DNA from: a virus
Direction: 5' to 3' (one strand)
Virus genome (UHGV): UHGV-0096064
Length of the DNA: 64,000 nt
Position 1 is the first letter of the stretch. Every line of letters begins with the position of its first letter. Position numbers and translations under genes: made by a program. The notes below the pieces were generated by a model, which had not been told where the DNA came from, ran no database searches, and worked only from the letters and a program-made list of their open reading frames with translations. Shown here piece by piece: positions 18,446 through 27,402 of this stretch.

Positions 18446-19776
18446 ATTTCCAGAACGCTCTGGTTCTCGAATGCGGTCTCATCCACCTTGGTGACGCTAA
18501 TGGTGTAGGTACCCGGCTGCTGGTTGTCCAGCTTGCACCGGACTTCAACGAGGGCAATCTCAATGCTCTTCAACACGCCAGCGGCGGTGAAAGTGTAGTC
18601 CTTGCGGAAGATGCCCATGTAGTCGTTGGTCTCCTGTTCATTCACCGTGACATTGATGTACGCCTTGCACTTGTCGGTGTACTTGTTATAGTCCAAATCG
18701 GGAAGAACAGGTTCGGTGCCGGAAGTGCCGCCGATGGTAATCGTCGAGATGACCTCGTACCCAAACCACGACACGTAGATGGAACCACTCCGGTCGGTGT
18801 TGAAGGAATCGGAAACAGTCGTCTGGCCCACGGAGTGCGTATGGTGCCGCCCGATGTTCGCCGTCTCCCGGACAACCGGAGTGACCGCCGTGATAGAGCC
18901 GAGCCCATTCACGGTGATGGCGTTGTCGTAGGGGTCGAAGGTCTGCTCGGTGATGTCGATGATTTGGTCGACGCCGATGACGCGCCCGGCAAGGTCAAGG
19001 CTCAGGTCATAGCCGCCGCAGACGTAGTGCCCGGCATCAATCCCGGACTCGGACAGGGACACGGTGACGATGCCAGCCGTGTTCACCGCTTCGATGCCGG
19101 GGCCAGCCACCACACCGAGCACAGAGGTGGAACCATCCGGTGCCGCGTACTTCGTGATTTGCCCGTACTCGTTCACGGTGAACCCTACATAAGTGCCGGG
19201 GTTCGCCATCACGGGAACAAGGCCGAGGATGTAGGGGTCAGTCAGGCTACCCTGTCCAGTTACGGTGAGCGCGCCCGTGTCCTCGGACTGGACATAGGTC
19301 TTCGACGCCTCGACGGGATTGGAGGAAATGACCAGCGGACTGCTCGTGCTGCCGCACCCGGAGATGTTGATGCCGCTGCCAGCCGTTACCGAGAGGTAGG
19401 TGCCGAGACGCCCCGCCCCGTCGAGCGAGGAGAGGTTGCAGGCATTGGGTTGCAGGTCGATGGAGCCGCCGCCGGAACCCCCTCCAGAATCGCCGCAGGA
19501 GGCCGCTGCTGGCGCGCAAGGGCCGGGGGTATACTCGAACACGGGATTGGGGCGTGCGCTCACGATACAGCCGTTCTCGACGACAATGACGCCATATTCC
19601 CCATCCGGGATGTTGGCGTCGCCCTCGACCGACAGGCACTCCCCATTGTACACCAGCGACCGACCGAACGGCAGGCATACGCTGAACGGTTCGCAGACAG
19701 GTTTGGTGTGCTCGCCCCCAAGCGACGTGGGCTCGCATTGGGTCACACGCTTCTGTTTCCTACAAAGGTCATTCAT
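18430..19776 (-). CDS. putative tail/fiber-like protein
   Basis: 448 aa. Gly/Ser-rich (GDSGGGSGGGS) and Thr/Val-rich beta-type composition typical of fibers. Overlaps the downstream gene by 16 nt. Confidence 0.4.
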   Translation of the reverse strand: MNDLCRKQKRVTQCEPTSLGGEHTKPVCEPFSVCLPFGRSLVYNGECLSVEGDANIPDGEYGVIVVENGCIVSARPNPVFEYTPGPCAPAAASCGDSGGGSGGGSIDLQPNACNLSSLDGAGRLGTYLSVTAGSGINISGCGSTSSPLVISSNPVEASKTYVQSEDTGALTVTGQGSLTDPYILGLVPVMANPGTYVGFTVNEYGQITKYAAPDGSTSVLGVVAGPGIEAVNTAGIVTVSLSESGIDAGHYVCGGYDLSLDLAGRVIGVDQIIDITEQTFDPYDNAITVNGLGSITAVTPVVRETANIGRHHTHSVGQTTVSDSFNTDRSGSIYVSWFGYEVISTITIGGTSGTEPVLPDLDYNKYTDKCKAYINVTVNEQETNDYMGIFRKDYTFTAAGVLKSIEIALVEVRCKLDNQQPGTYTISVTKVDETAFENQSVLEMCCAS

Positions 19777-19785
19777 ATCAGCTCC

Positions 19786-20439
19786 CTACAGGACACGGGG
19801 GCGTTTCGCCCGGAGTGCGCCGCGCTGCCCGTTCATCATTGCTTGTACCGACGCCGTGCGGATGCCCTGAATAAACCGGGCCTCTGACTCCTGTGCCCGG
19901 TTGACGCTCGACCACGGCTTCGACGCCATACTGTACAGGTAGAACTTCGTCCCGTCCATTATGACATCATAGAAAGTGGTGAGCAATACGGAGTCCACCT
20001 CGCAGGCGTCATAGGTAGGAGCCACGGACATCGTCACCTTGAACACGTCCTTGCATTTCACAGGGCTGAAATGGATGACGTTGGGTTCCTCGAACCACGA
20101 GTAGGTGCCGCAGGGCAGGCGGCACGGCTCAGACGTCACGCGCACGACAGGACTGGAGCAGATGCAATGGCTGGTCTGGCACACGCTCAGAACGGCCACG
20201 ATGTCCATACAGTCCTGCGGCTCCAGCAAATAGTTCTCCACGCAGGGCTGCGCGAAGATGGTGGCCGTGCGCCGCAGGGCGTTGCTGTTCCTAGCGAAGC
20301 GATTGATGGCCCTAAGCAGGAAATGGGGGAAGGCATCGGACGGCATCTCGTTGAACTCGAAGGCCAGCTCCGGGACGAACTCCTGTAGGGACACCTTGGG
20401 GTAGGCGTCGAACACGACACTAGTTTGAGGGTCTTGCAT
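19786..20439 (-). CDS. hypothetical structural protein
   Basis: 217-aa ORF. Confidence 0.4.
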   Translation of the reverse strand: MQDPQTSVVFDAYPKVSLQEFVPELAFEFNEMPSDAFPHFLLRAINRFARNSNALRRTATIFAQPCVENYLLEPQDCMDIVAVLSVCQTSHCICSSPVVRVTSEPCRLPCGTYSWFEEPNVIHFSPVKCKDVFKVTMSVAPTYDACEVDSVLLTTFYDVIMDGTKFYLYSMASKPWSSVNRAQESEARFIQGIRTASVQAMMNGQRGALRAKRPRVL

Positions 20440-21082
20440 CGTCCTTCTCCGCGATGATGTCCTTGCTGTTTACCTGCGCATTGAGCAGTTCCCAGAACGC
20501 CGTCCGGTGGTCTTTGGCTACGGAGATGATGTTGGTGTTGTTCTCCCCATCCACCATCTTTGCCCGGTACAGAACCCACTGGACGACTGCGGCCCTAATC
20601 TCGATGGGCACGTCAAAATCCCCACCAAAATCCTTCGGCATCACGGCACATTCCACAGAGACGTAGACGTCCACACCAGCCGGGACTTGAGGATAAACCC
20701 AGAGCTTGTCGGTCACGTTGTCGATGGAATACTCGGTAAGCTCGAAGTCCTTGGGAGACCGGAGACATTTCCTCCCCGTCCACTGGAGCTTGTCGTCATT
20801 CTTCCTCGGACGCAGGGGACGGATGAGCCGTCCGTCTTTGGTAGTCTGGCCGATGACCCGGCGCACATGCGTGCAATCGCATGTATCATGCACCACGGTG
20901 CAAGGTTGCAGCTTAATGACGCGAATCTCCGTAAACAAATCAGGGCGCTCTATGAAGGCGGTTTGAATCGCCTCTTCCAGATACGCCCTAAGTTGCGCCC
21001 GTGACCATGTGGTAAACTCATGGCCCGGAGCCGCGTCGTTCAAGTCTACTGCAATCTCGTAAAGCAGCGACTCAACACTCAT
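20420..21082 (-). CDS. hypothetical structural protein
   Basis: 220-aa ORF with a 20-nt overlap to the neighbour (translational coupling). Confidence 0.4.
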   Translation of the reverse strand: MSVESLLYEIAVDLNDAAPGHEFTTWSRAQLRAYLEEAIQTAFIERPDLFTEIRVIKLQPCTVVHDTCDCTHVRRVIGQTTKDGRLIRPLRPRKNDDKLQWTGRKCLRSPKDFELTEYSIDNVTDKLWVYPQVPAGVDVYVSVECAVMPKDFGGDFDVPIEIRAAVVQWVLYRAKMVDGENNTNIISVAKDHRTAFWELLNAQVNSKDIIAEKDDARPSN

Positions 21083-21091
21083 TATATACTC

Positions 21092-21724
21092 CTAGCAGCG
21101 GTTCTGTCTGGTGAAAAATTCCTTAATGGCATCCCCGACCGGGGCGTTGGATGTCCCTACGGCGGACAAGGGCATGGCCGCCTGTACAGCCGAAGCCTCG
21201 GCATAATTCTGCGTGAAGTCCTGCGGGATGCCAAGCGTCGCGCTTGCCATCGTCATATCGGGAACCGCGCCCTGCGTGTCGCCAAGACTGAACTGCTCAG
21301 GGTAAAAGCACAGGCCGGGAGGAGTAGGAGGCAGAGGGGCCGAAGGTTCCTGTTCCGCCCGCTTGGGCAGAGGCTTTTCCTCCTTCGGCTCCTCATCAAC
21401 CTTCTTCGCGTCGATGGAGAGCTTCACCCTCTGGATGTCGTCAAGGGTAGCCGGGGAACGGCCACGCCAAGCAGATGGCTCCGTGTTCCCCTGCTCATCA
21501 CAGTTCTCGCAAAGGTCAGGACGGCTGGCGAAGAACTCAGACCAGACATGGATTTCTCCGGTCGCCTTCACCCGCACACATGGAGACACGGGAAGAGGGG
21601 GCTGTTCCCAATTCTTGGCCCCCATCTTCCTCAAGTCTGCCATGCGTTCCTCATAGTCCTCAGAGAAGGAGAAGTTCCCCATGATGCGGTCTTGTTGCAT
21701 TTGTCTAACCACCGGATGTTGCAT
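21092..21724 (-). CDS. hypothetical protein (Pro/Glu/Lys-rich middle)
   Basis: 210-aa ORF. Confidence 0.4.
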   Translation of the reverse strand: MQHPVVRQMQQDRIMGNFSFSEDYEERMADLRKMGAKNWEQPPLPVSPCVRVKATGEIHVWSEFFASRPDLCENCDEQGNTEPSAWRGRSPATLDDIQRVKLSIDAKKVDEEPKEEKPLPKRAEQEPSAPLPPTPPGLCFYPEQFSLGDTQGAVPDMTMASATLGIPQDFTQNYAEASAVQAAMPLSAVGTSNAPVGDAIKEFFTRQNRC

Positions 21725-21732
21725 GTGTATAT

Positions 21733-21912
21733 CCTAACGGCGCGAGGCGCGGGTTCCGCGAACCTTACGTTCGCCGTTGCCGCCCACGGTCGACTCGTTG
21801 CTCATGGAAGTCGTCGCATGGAGGCGCAGCTTCGAGGGACGGGTCGTGGTGTCGCGGGCGATGTCGCCGACAGGGGGCTTCGGGAAGCCGTTGAAAGTAC
21901 GAGAGTCAGCCA
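21733..21912 (-). CDS. small basic protein (59 aa) missed by the ORF track cutoff
   Basis: ATG preceded by AAGGAGG at 7 nt spacing. Exactly fills the gap between genes 21926..22633 and 21092..21724. Arg/Lys-rich (MADSRTFNGFPKPPVGDIARDTTTRPSKLRLHATTSMSNESTVGGNGERKVRGTRASRR). Coordinates +/-1. Confidence 0.5.
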
Positions 21913-21925
21913 TTATGGGCCTCCT

Positions 21926-22633
21926 TTAGTAATGGGTCGGGCACTCGAACGCCTGCGTCTTGGCGGACAGGTACCACCCGTTCTGCGCCATCCAAATCTT
22001 CACGTTGCTGTTGGAGGGCAGGGACACAATCTTGAGTCCGAGGTAGATGGTACGACCCGGAACCAGAGAACCGGAGTCGTCCGCCGGGGGCAGGGTCGGG
22101 TTGGCATACAGCGGCACGGCGTAGCCGCCCGTCACCTTCGTCAGAGAGACAAAAGCGTTATAGGGCTTGTCCACGGGAATGGGAGTGGTGATGGCCTGCG
22201 CGGTCACGGCATCGTCCACGTCATTGATTTCAGTGAAGGTGAAGGAACCGGAGTCCTCATCGTAGGACACGGCGCGGGCGGTCAGGGCCACCGTGCAGCC
22301 AGCAAGCTGCGGATCAGGCTCGACAATCTTGAAGTTGATGCCAGTGACGAAGTGGTCTTCGGGCACGGCAATCAGGTCGATGATGTTGTCCACCTGCGGG
22401 TTCTTGTCCCGCAGCATATCGCGCTGCCAGAACATGCCGACGCCGTTCGGACGGAAAGGCATCCCAAGGGTGAAGTAGCCGAGGTTGTAGGCCCCGTCAG
22501 AGTGGGAGTCGTAGGGCGGCGATTTCAGGATATTGTGTTCGGAGTGGGGCGGGAGGAACTGCGGATAGTCCCCTTCACACCACATATAACGGACGACAGG
22601 AGTACCGCCACGGATGAAAGAAACGTCTGCCAT
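21926..22633 (-). CDS. hypothetical head/decoration-like protein
   Basis: 235-aa ORF immediately downstream of the candidate capsid gene. Confidence 0.4.
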   Translation of the reverse strand: MADVSFIRGGTPVVRYMWCEGDYPQFLPPHSEHNILKSPPYDSHSDGAYNLGYFTLGMPFRPNGVGMFWQRDMLRDKNPQVDNIIDLIAVPEDHFVTGINFKIVEPDPQLAGCTVALTARAVSYDEDSGSFTFTEINDVDDAVTAQAITTPIPVDKPYNAFVSLTKVTGGYAVPLYANPTLPPADDSGSLVPGRTIYLGLKIVSLPSNSNVKIWMAQNGWYLSAKTQAFECPTHY

Positions 22634-22645
22634 GAGAATGTCTCC

Positions 22646-23605
22646 TTAGTTGGTCTTGAAAGTCCAGTACGCCACGGCCATCGCTTCGGGGTACAGCATC
22701 TTGCCGCCCCAAACGGCCAGCATCTGGTACTCGACGCCGAAGGTACGGGGCGAGGGCATGATGCGACCGTCGATGATGTCGGAAGCGTAGGCGAACGCAC
22801 CACGGTGGCCCGCGATGACATAGAAGCACACACGCCCATCCGGTTCGACAACGTAAGGAGCATGGGTGGTTTCGATGACGTTGAAGCCGCCAAGGGGCAC
22901 ATTCCAGAGGCCGTCGATGCCGAAGCTGCACGGCTTGCAGGAACCCGTCCAAGCGGCGTTGGCGAAGTTGGACATGGACAGGACAGGACGGAAGGCCACG
23001 GGCATGACGACGAACATCTCGCCGTCCTTCCACATGAGCTGTTCAGTCAGCACCTGCTGGAGCTGCGCCATACGCAGGGGGATGTTGTCCTTGTCCACGA
23101 CCACCGGGTTGCCACGGGAGCCGAGGTCGACGGTGCCGAACTTGCCAGCGGCGGAACCCTTGTTCTGGGTGCTGGCTTCGAGAATCATGGCGGTGAGAAC
23201 CCATTCGCGCTGCATGGCGACGTAGGTTTCATATACGCTGTCGAGGAACTTTTCTTCCCAAGCGGCCCAACGCTCGCAGGCGAAATGGATGTCCGTCTGG
23301 TCAATCTTGATGGCGTTGTAGGCCGCGTTGCAGATGGACAGACAGATGGCCTGCGCACTGACCTGATTGGGCACCATCTCCTGATTCTTCTGGTAGGCAC
23401 GCCACGGGCCGACTTCGGGAGCTTTCAGAATCTGCACCTGCTGGTTGCATTGCAGGATGCGTTCGTCAATCTCGGAGTTGGTGATTTCCGGCAGGAAGTC
23501 ACGTTCGTACACCCGTGCGATGATTTCATTGTAATAGCCGGGACGTGCAAGCGGGGTAGCCTCAAGACCACCATACCCGGAGGAAGACTGCAAAATCATA
23601 GACAC
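22646..23605 (-). CDS. candidate major capsid protein
   Basis: 319-aa ORF directly downstream of the scaffold-like gene. Call is by position only; no motif recognised. Confidence 0.4.
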   Translation of the reverse strand: MSMILQSSSGYGGLEATPLARPGYYNEIIARVYERDFLPEITNSEIDERILQCNQQVQILKAPEVGPWRAYQKNQEMVPNQVSAQAICLSICNAAYNAIKIDQTDIHFACERWAAWEEKFLDSVYETYVAMQREWVLTAMILEASTQNKGSAAGKFGTVDLGSRGNPVVVDKDNIPLRMAQLQQVLTEQLMWKDGEMFVVMPVAFRPVLSMSNFANAAWTGSCKPCSFGIDGLWNVPLGGFNVIETTHAPYVVEPDGRVCFYVIAGHRGAFAYASDIIDGRIMPSPRTFGVEYQMLAVWGGKMLYPEAMAVAYWTFKTN

Positions 23606-23625
23606 CTCTACAAAGTTTACGGACG

Positions 23626-24711
23626 CTATCTAAGAGCGTCGCGATGTTTCTTCATGACAGACCGGAAATCCTCACGGCTCATCTGTCCCGTCTGCACCAT
23701 GAACTTATACTGTGCAATCTGGTCACTCGTCAAACGCCCACCTTCCTCAGCCGCAGGCGCGGGGGCAGTGGTTGCCGCAGCCGGACTCACGCTCGCAACA
23801 TTGGCGAGGTCGGGCACCGACTGCTTCACCTGATTCAAGACGTTGATGACGTAGTCGGCATTACCCCGCTGGTACTCGGCAGCCACAAGCTGACCGACGA
23901 GAAGCCCCGCGTTGCCGCCGATGGGCGACATCATCATCTGCTGGTAGGCCGGAGTCTTCTGGAGGGACTCCAAATCGGGATGGGCTTTGAGGATAGCATC
24001 CCGCGTTTTATTGAGACGGGCCGTGAACTTCTCGTCATCCAGCTTGCGGAACCGCTCTTGCAGCTCCTGCTCAAGCTGCTGGACACGAGCTTCGGAATCC
24101 TTCACGGCACGGTTGGCTTGTTCCCGCACGGTACGAACAATAGGAGCAAGCAGCTTCTTCGCGTCTTCCTTGTCGATGGTGGTAAATTCAGTTTCGGACG
24201 AAGACAGGAGCTGCTCAATCTCCCGTTCTTCCTTCATCCGAGCCAGCTCATCAGGAAGGCGACGCGCTTCCTCAAGCTGCCTACGAGCCTCCTCCAGTTC
24301 GCGGCGAAGCGCCACGTTGTCGTCCGGCTCCGTGTGAGTAGGCGCGGCCTGACGCTGCTGTTCAAGGTTGGGATGCGCGTTCGTGTTGGAGTGGCCCATA
24401 ACCACGGACAGGGCATCCACATAATTCTCCGGCAGCTTCACGGAAGCGACAGGAGTGAGCGTAGGCTCCGTACTGTTCTGAGCGGTTTGGACAGGTTCCG
24501 TGATGGGTGGGATGGGCGGCACCACGGGAGGCTGAACCGGAGGCTGGACGACAGGCTGCGGGTTCGCCACAGCGGTCGTCTGCGCCGGGTTGCCGCCGCG
24601 CAGGTGGGCCGTCTCTTCACGGAACTTGGCAGCCGCAGCCGCAGCGGGATGCGGGTGCCGTACTTTCGGTTGTACCACAGGAGCCTGTGGCTGGATTGGC
24701 ATCGTCGACAT
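23626..24711 (-). CDS. candidate scaffolding protein
   Basis: 361 aa. Pro-rich N-terminus (PVVQPPVQPPVVPPIPP), then a long charged coiled-coil segment (ELEEARRQLEEARRLPDELARMKEEREIEQLL). Sits between the portal-side genes and the capsid candidate. Confidence 0.5.
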   Translation of the reverse strand: MSTMPIQPQAPVVQPKVRHPHPAAAAAAKFREETAHLRGGNPAQTTAVANPQPVVQPPVQPPVVPPIPPITEPVQTAQNSTEPTLTPVASVKLPENYVDALSVVMGHSNTNAHPNLEQQRQAAPTHTEPDDNVALRRELEEARRQLEEARRLPDELARMKEEREIEQLLSSSETEFTTIDKEDAKKLLAPIVRTVREQANRAVKDSEARVQQLEQELQERFRKLDDEKFTARLNKTRDAILKAHPDLESLQKTPAYQQMMMSPIGGNAGLLVGQLVAAEYQRGNADYVINVLNQVKQSVPDLANVASVSPAAATTAPAPAAEEGGRLTSDQIAQYKFMVQTGQMSREDFRSVMKKHRDALR

Positions 24712-24726
24712 GGAGCTACCCTCTCA

Positions 24727-25002
24727 TTATTTGGCTGTAGACCTAAGCTGTACAAGCCTTGTAAAAAGCATCTCGACCCCTTTCTTGATGCCATGCTTAT
24801 GCACTGCATCCATTCTGGCGTCAGGGTCGAATGCGGCTTTTCTCGCGGCTTTATCGAAGTCTTGATCTGCTTTCTGCACCGCCGTTTCCAAAAAGTCAAT
24901 CAACCCTTGCAGGGCTGCGGCGTCGGCAAGCAACGGACGGAGCTGGCTTGTCTCCATCTGTTCCGCTGCTTGCCTGATAGCGACGCTACTTTTTGGGAGC
25001 AT
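24727..25002 (-). CDS. hypothetical protein
   Basis: 91-aa ORF. Confidence 0.35.
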   Translation of the reverse strand: MLPKSSVAIRQAAEQMETSQLRPLLADAAALQGLIDFLETAVQKADQDFDKAARKAAFDPDARMDAVHKHGIKKGVEMLFTRLVQLRSTAK

Positions 25003-25153
25003 ACGTCAGGCCCGTGATGCGGCTACGCTGGTCGCCGGAACCGGAAGTCCCGGACTGGGCGCGCCCATTGCCGGGGGCGACGGTCGTCCCCGCAGGCGGC
25101 GTGATGATGGAAGGCTTACGGTACGTCCTCGGCTTACGGCAAGTAGAACACAT
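24986..25153 (-). CDS. small protein (55 aa) below track cutoff
   Basis: Fills the gap between 25159..25359 and 24727..25002 with short overlaps. N-terminus MCSTCRKPRTYRKP. Hand-derived coordinates +/-1. Confidence 0.3.
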   Translation of the reverse strand: MCSTCRKPRTYRKPSIITPPAGTTVAPGNGRAQSGTSGSGDQRSRITGLTYAPKK

Positions 25154-25158
25154 AGTCC

Positions 25159-25359
25159 TCACCTCTTATCGTAGCGCAGTTCGTCCAACTTCTCGAAACC
25201 GGGGCGGCGTCTGCGCAATTCACACCGCCTCGCTTCCTCCTCAAAACGCCTGTCCTCATCCTGTTGCTTGAGGTAGTCCATCCGGGAGCAGGACTCGCCG
25301 TCAAAGAGACGCCCAAGCATGGGGAACTGAGGACGCTTTCTCACAGGGCCAGTGTACAT
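25159..25359 (-). CDS. small charged protein (66 aa)
   Basis: Starts 10 nt after the stop of gene 25369..25842. Arg/Glu-rich. Confidence 0.35.
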   Translation of the reverse strand: MYTGPVRKRPQFPMLGRLFDGESCSRMDYLKQQDEDRRFEEEARRCELRRRRPGFEKLDELRYDKR

Positions 25360-25368
25360 AGGCTCTTC

Positions 25369-25842
25369 CTATTCGGCGGTATACGCCGGGATAAGGTACT
25401 TCCCTACCTTGAGGTACGCGGCAGGGCGGCCAAGGAGCTGGTCACGGAAGGAACCCACAATCGTGGTGGGCACATCATTCTCCACGGTGGCTTCCGTGAC
25501 CTGCGGCGATTCAGAAGCTACCACAGGCTCAACGGCCTCGGCAATAGCTTCCTGCATCTCGGCGCAGGTGGGCACTTGGGCATTCGGCACATGGGCCTTG
25601 CCAGCGCAGTCCTTGAATACGGCAGCCACATCCTCGGCGGGGAACTCGACGCAGCCCTTGACGTATTCGCAAAGGAACTGCGCAAGCTGTTTCGCCACGG
25701 CATCGTCCACTTTCACGGAACCCGTGAGGGACACGCCCGACAACTCGGAACCAGTGACGGTGCCGCCGCTGACATCCGGCGTCTTGATAATCGGGTCAAC
25801 CCAAGTTCCGCCGTCGAAAGGCCCGGTATTGGTGCAACTCAT
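25369..25842 (-). CDS. hypothetical protein
   Basis: 157-aa ORF. Confidence 0.4.
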   Translation of the reverse strand: MSCTNTGPFDGGTWVDPIIKTPDVSGGTVTGSELSGVSLTGSVKVDDAVAKQLAQFLCEYVKGCVEFPAEDVAAVFKDCAGKAHVPNAQVPTCAEMQEAIAEAVEPVVASESPQVTEATVENDVPTTIVGSFRDQLLGRPAAYLKVGKYLIPAYTAE

Positions 25843-25844
25843 AG

Positions 25845-26309
25845 TTACTCCCCAAGAAGAAATTTAGAGTCCCAAGGGAACTCATCCTTTGTAACGATGC
25901 GCAGATAAATCCGTGCATCCCCTACAGCCGTCTGGTCATTCAGGATGAACCTGTATGAACCGGGGATATGCAGCAACATGATGTTGTTGCACTTCGACAG
26001 TTCGTAAGTGCAGTCATTATGCCGCATGGTTTCTTTCGCAAGAAGCTGCGTCTGGTACTGGCGCAAATCCCACACAGGGCAGGTCTCGGCCTTGCGCTTG
26101 GGGATGACCCCTTCTTTGAACAGGAGCATCTCAAGGCAGGCCACCTGCGGGGCAAGCAACTCGGACTTGTCCGCACGTTCCTTGTAGTCCTTGAAGCCGA
26201 ACGCCTGAATGATAGCCACTTCACCGGGGAACACATGGAAGAAGGGGCTTTCCACGGACAAAGACGTTTCCGTCATGATAGGGACATAAATACTCTTGTC
26301 GATAGCCAT
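25845..26309 (-). CDS. hypothetical protein
   Basis: 154-aa ORF, 3-nt spacing to the neighbour. Confidence 0.4.
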   Translation of the reverse strand: MAIDKSIYVPIMTETSLSVESPFFHVFPGEVAIIQAFGFKDYKERADKSELLAPQVACLEMLLFKEGVIPKRKAETCPVWDLRQYQTQLLAKETMRHNDCTYELSKCNNIMLLHIPGSYRFILNDQTAVGDARIYLRIVTKDEFPWDSKFLLGE

Positions 26310-26312
26310 GAC

Positions 26313-26981
26313 TTAATTCGCCACCTTGTAATTACCGGGATAGTAGAATGCAGGCATGTGCATGATGGAAGCCAACGGAACGACCATGTATTCCACTTCC
26401 ATATCCCCAAGCATGTCGGTATCACTCAATTCCAACTCATACGTGCCGGGAATCATGACAATCAACTGGAGGATGGGCTGCTGTACAATACCGAGAAAGT
26501 GCTTTCCCAAACCCCAATATTGTCCGCCAAGCGTCATCTTTTCACGGAACAGAATACGGCCATCGGTGCCGTAGGCACCATCCATAGCGCAAGGGTCGCA
26601 AGTGTCCCCGGTCGTCGGCCCGGTCGTAGACTTCACCAGACGATTCACCCAAATCATACCGTTATCCGGCATGTTGTAGGTGTCGATGATGATGGCCTCA
26701 CCGGGATTCACAGTGAAACTGCGAGAATAGATGGTGCCATGCCGGGTCTCCGGACTGAACAGGATAACCTTCCCCGGTGCCGCCATGAGCGCCGTATCGT
26801 CCGGGCCACAACGCATGGGATTGATGGGATACCCGGTAGAGATTTTACTTCCGCACTTCATACAATACCCCAAAGCCAACTGCCCGCCACCCCAAGGATA
26901 ACCCCGTAGATGACGCCGCGCACCGACGCGCAGCACCAGCAAGGGTCTTCCATCCACGGGATAGGCCAGAACAGCCAACAC
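26313..26981 (-). CDS. hypothetical protein (start uncertain; possibly internal M at ~26861)
   Basis: 222-aa ORF. Confidence 0.4.
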   Translation of the reverse strand: MLAVLAYPVDGRPLLVLRVGARRHLRGYPWGGGQLALGYCMKCGSKISTGYPINPMRCGPDDTALMAAPGKVILFSPETRHGTIYSRSFTVNPGEAIIIDTYNMPDNGMIWVNRLVKSTTGPTTGDTCDPCAMDGAYGTDGRILFREKMTLGGQYWGLGKHFLGIVQQPILQLIVMIPGTYELELSDTDMLGDMEVEYMVVPLASIMHMPAFYYPGNYKVAN

Positions 26982-27068
26982 CAGAAGTCATAGAACAACG
27001 AGGGTTCTTTCGTCTGACCATTGCTCAACACCGGATGGCACCAGTTGATATGGTCGAGGAAAAAATCC

Positions 27069-27386
27069 TTAGCCTTTTTCCACAGCTTTTCCAGCATCTT
27101 CATCCTCGCCCAACTTGTAGAACACGGACACTTGGCTGAACAGAGCTTGCGCCACCTTGACGAAAGCACGCCACAGGCGGCGGTTCTTGGGCGGAACGAC
27201 AATCATCGGGTCGGCCCAATAAACGCGGCGCTGATTGCCCACGTATCCGCCGGAACGGTAGTAGGCTTCACCATTCCCGGTACGGACGGTGAACCCGCCA
27301 TCGTTGTTGACGGCGACCACATTGCCCGTCCCGATGCCAAGCACGTATACGGTGTCGCCAAGCTCTACAGGATAACCATCAATCAT
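27069..27386 (-). CDS. hypothetical small protein
   Basis: 105-aa Gly-rich ORF just downstream of the portal candidate. Confidence 0.4.
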   Translation of the reverse strand: MIDGYPVELGDTVYVLGIGTGNVVAVNNDGGFTVRTGNGEAYYRSGGYVGNQRRVYWADPMIVVPPKNRRLWRAFVKVAQALFSQVSVFYKLGEDEDAGKAVEKG

Positions 27387-27402
27387 CTCTCATACCTCTT
27401 GG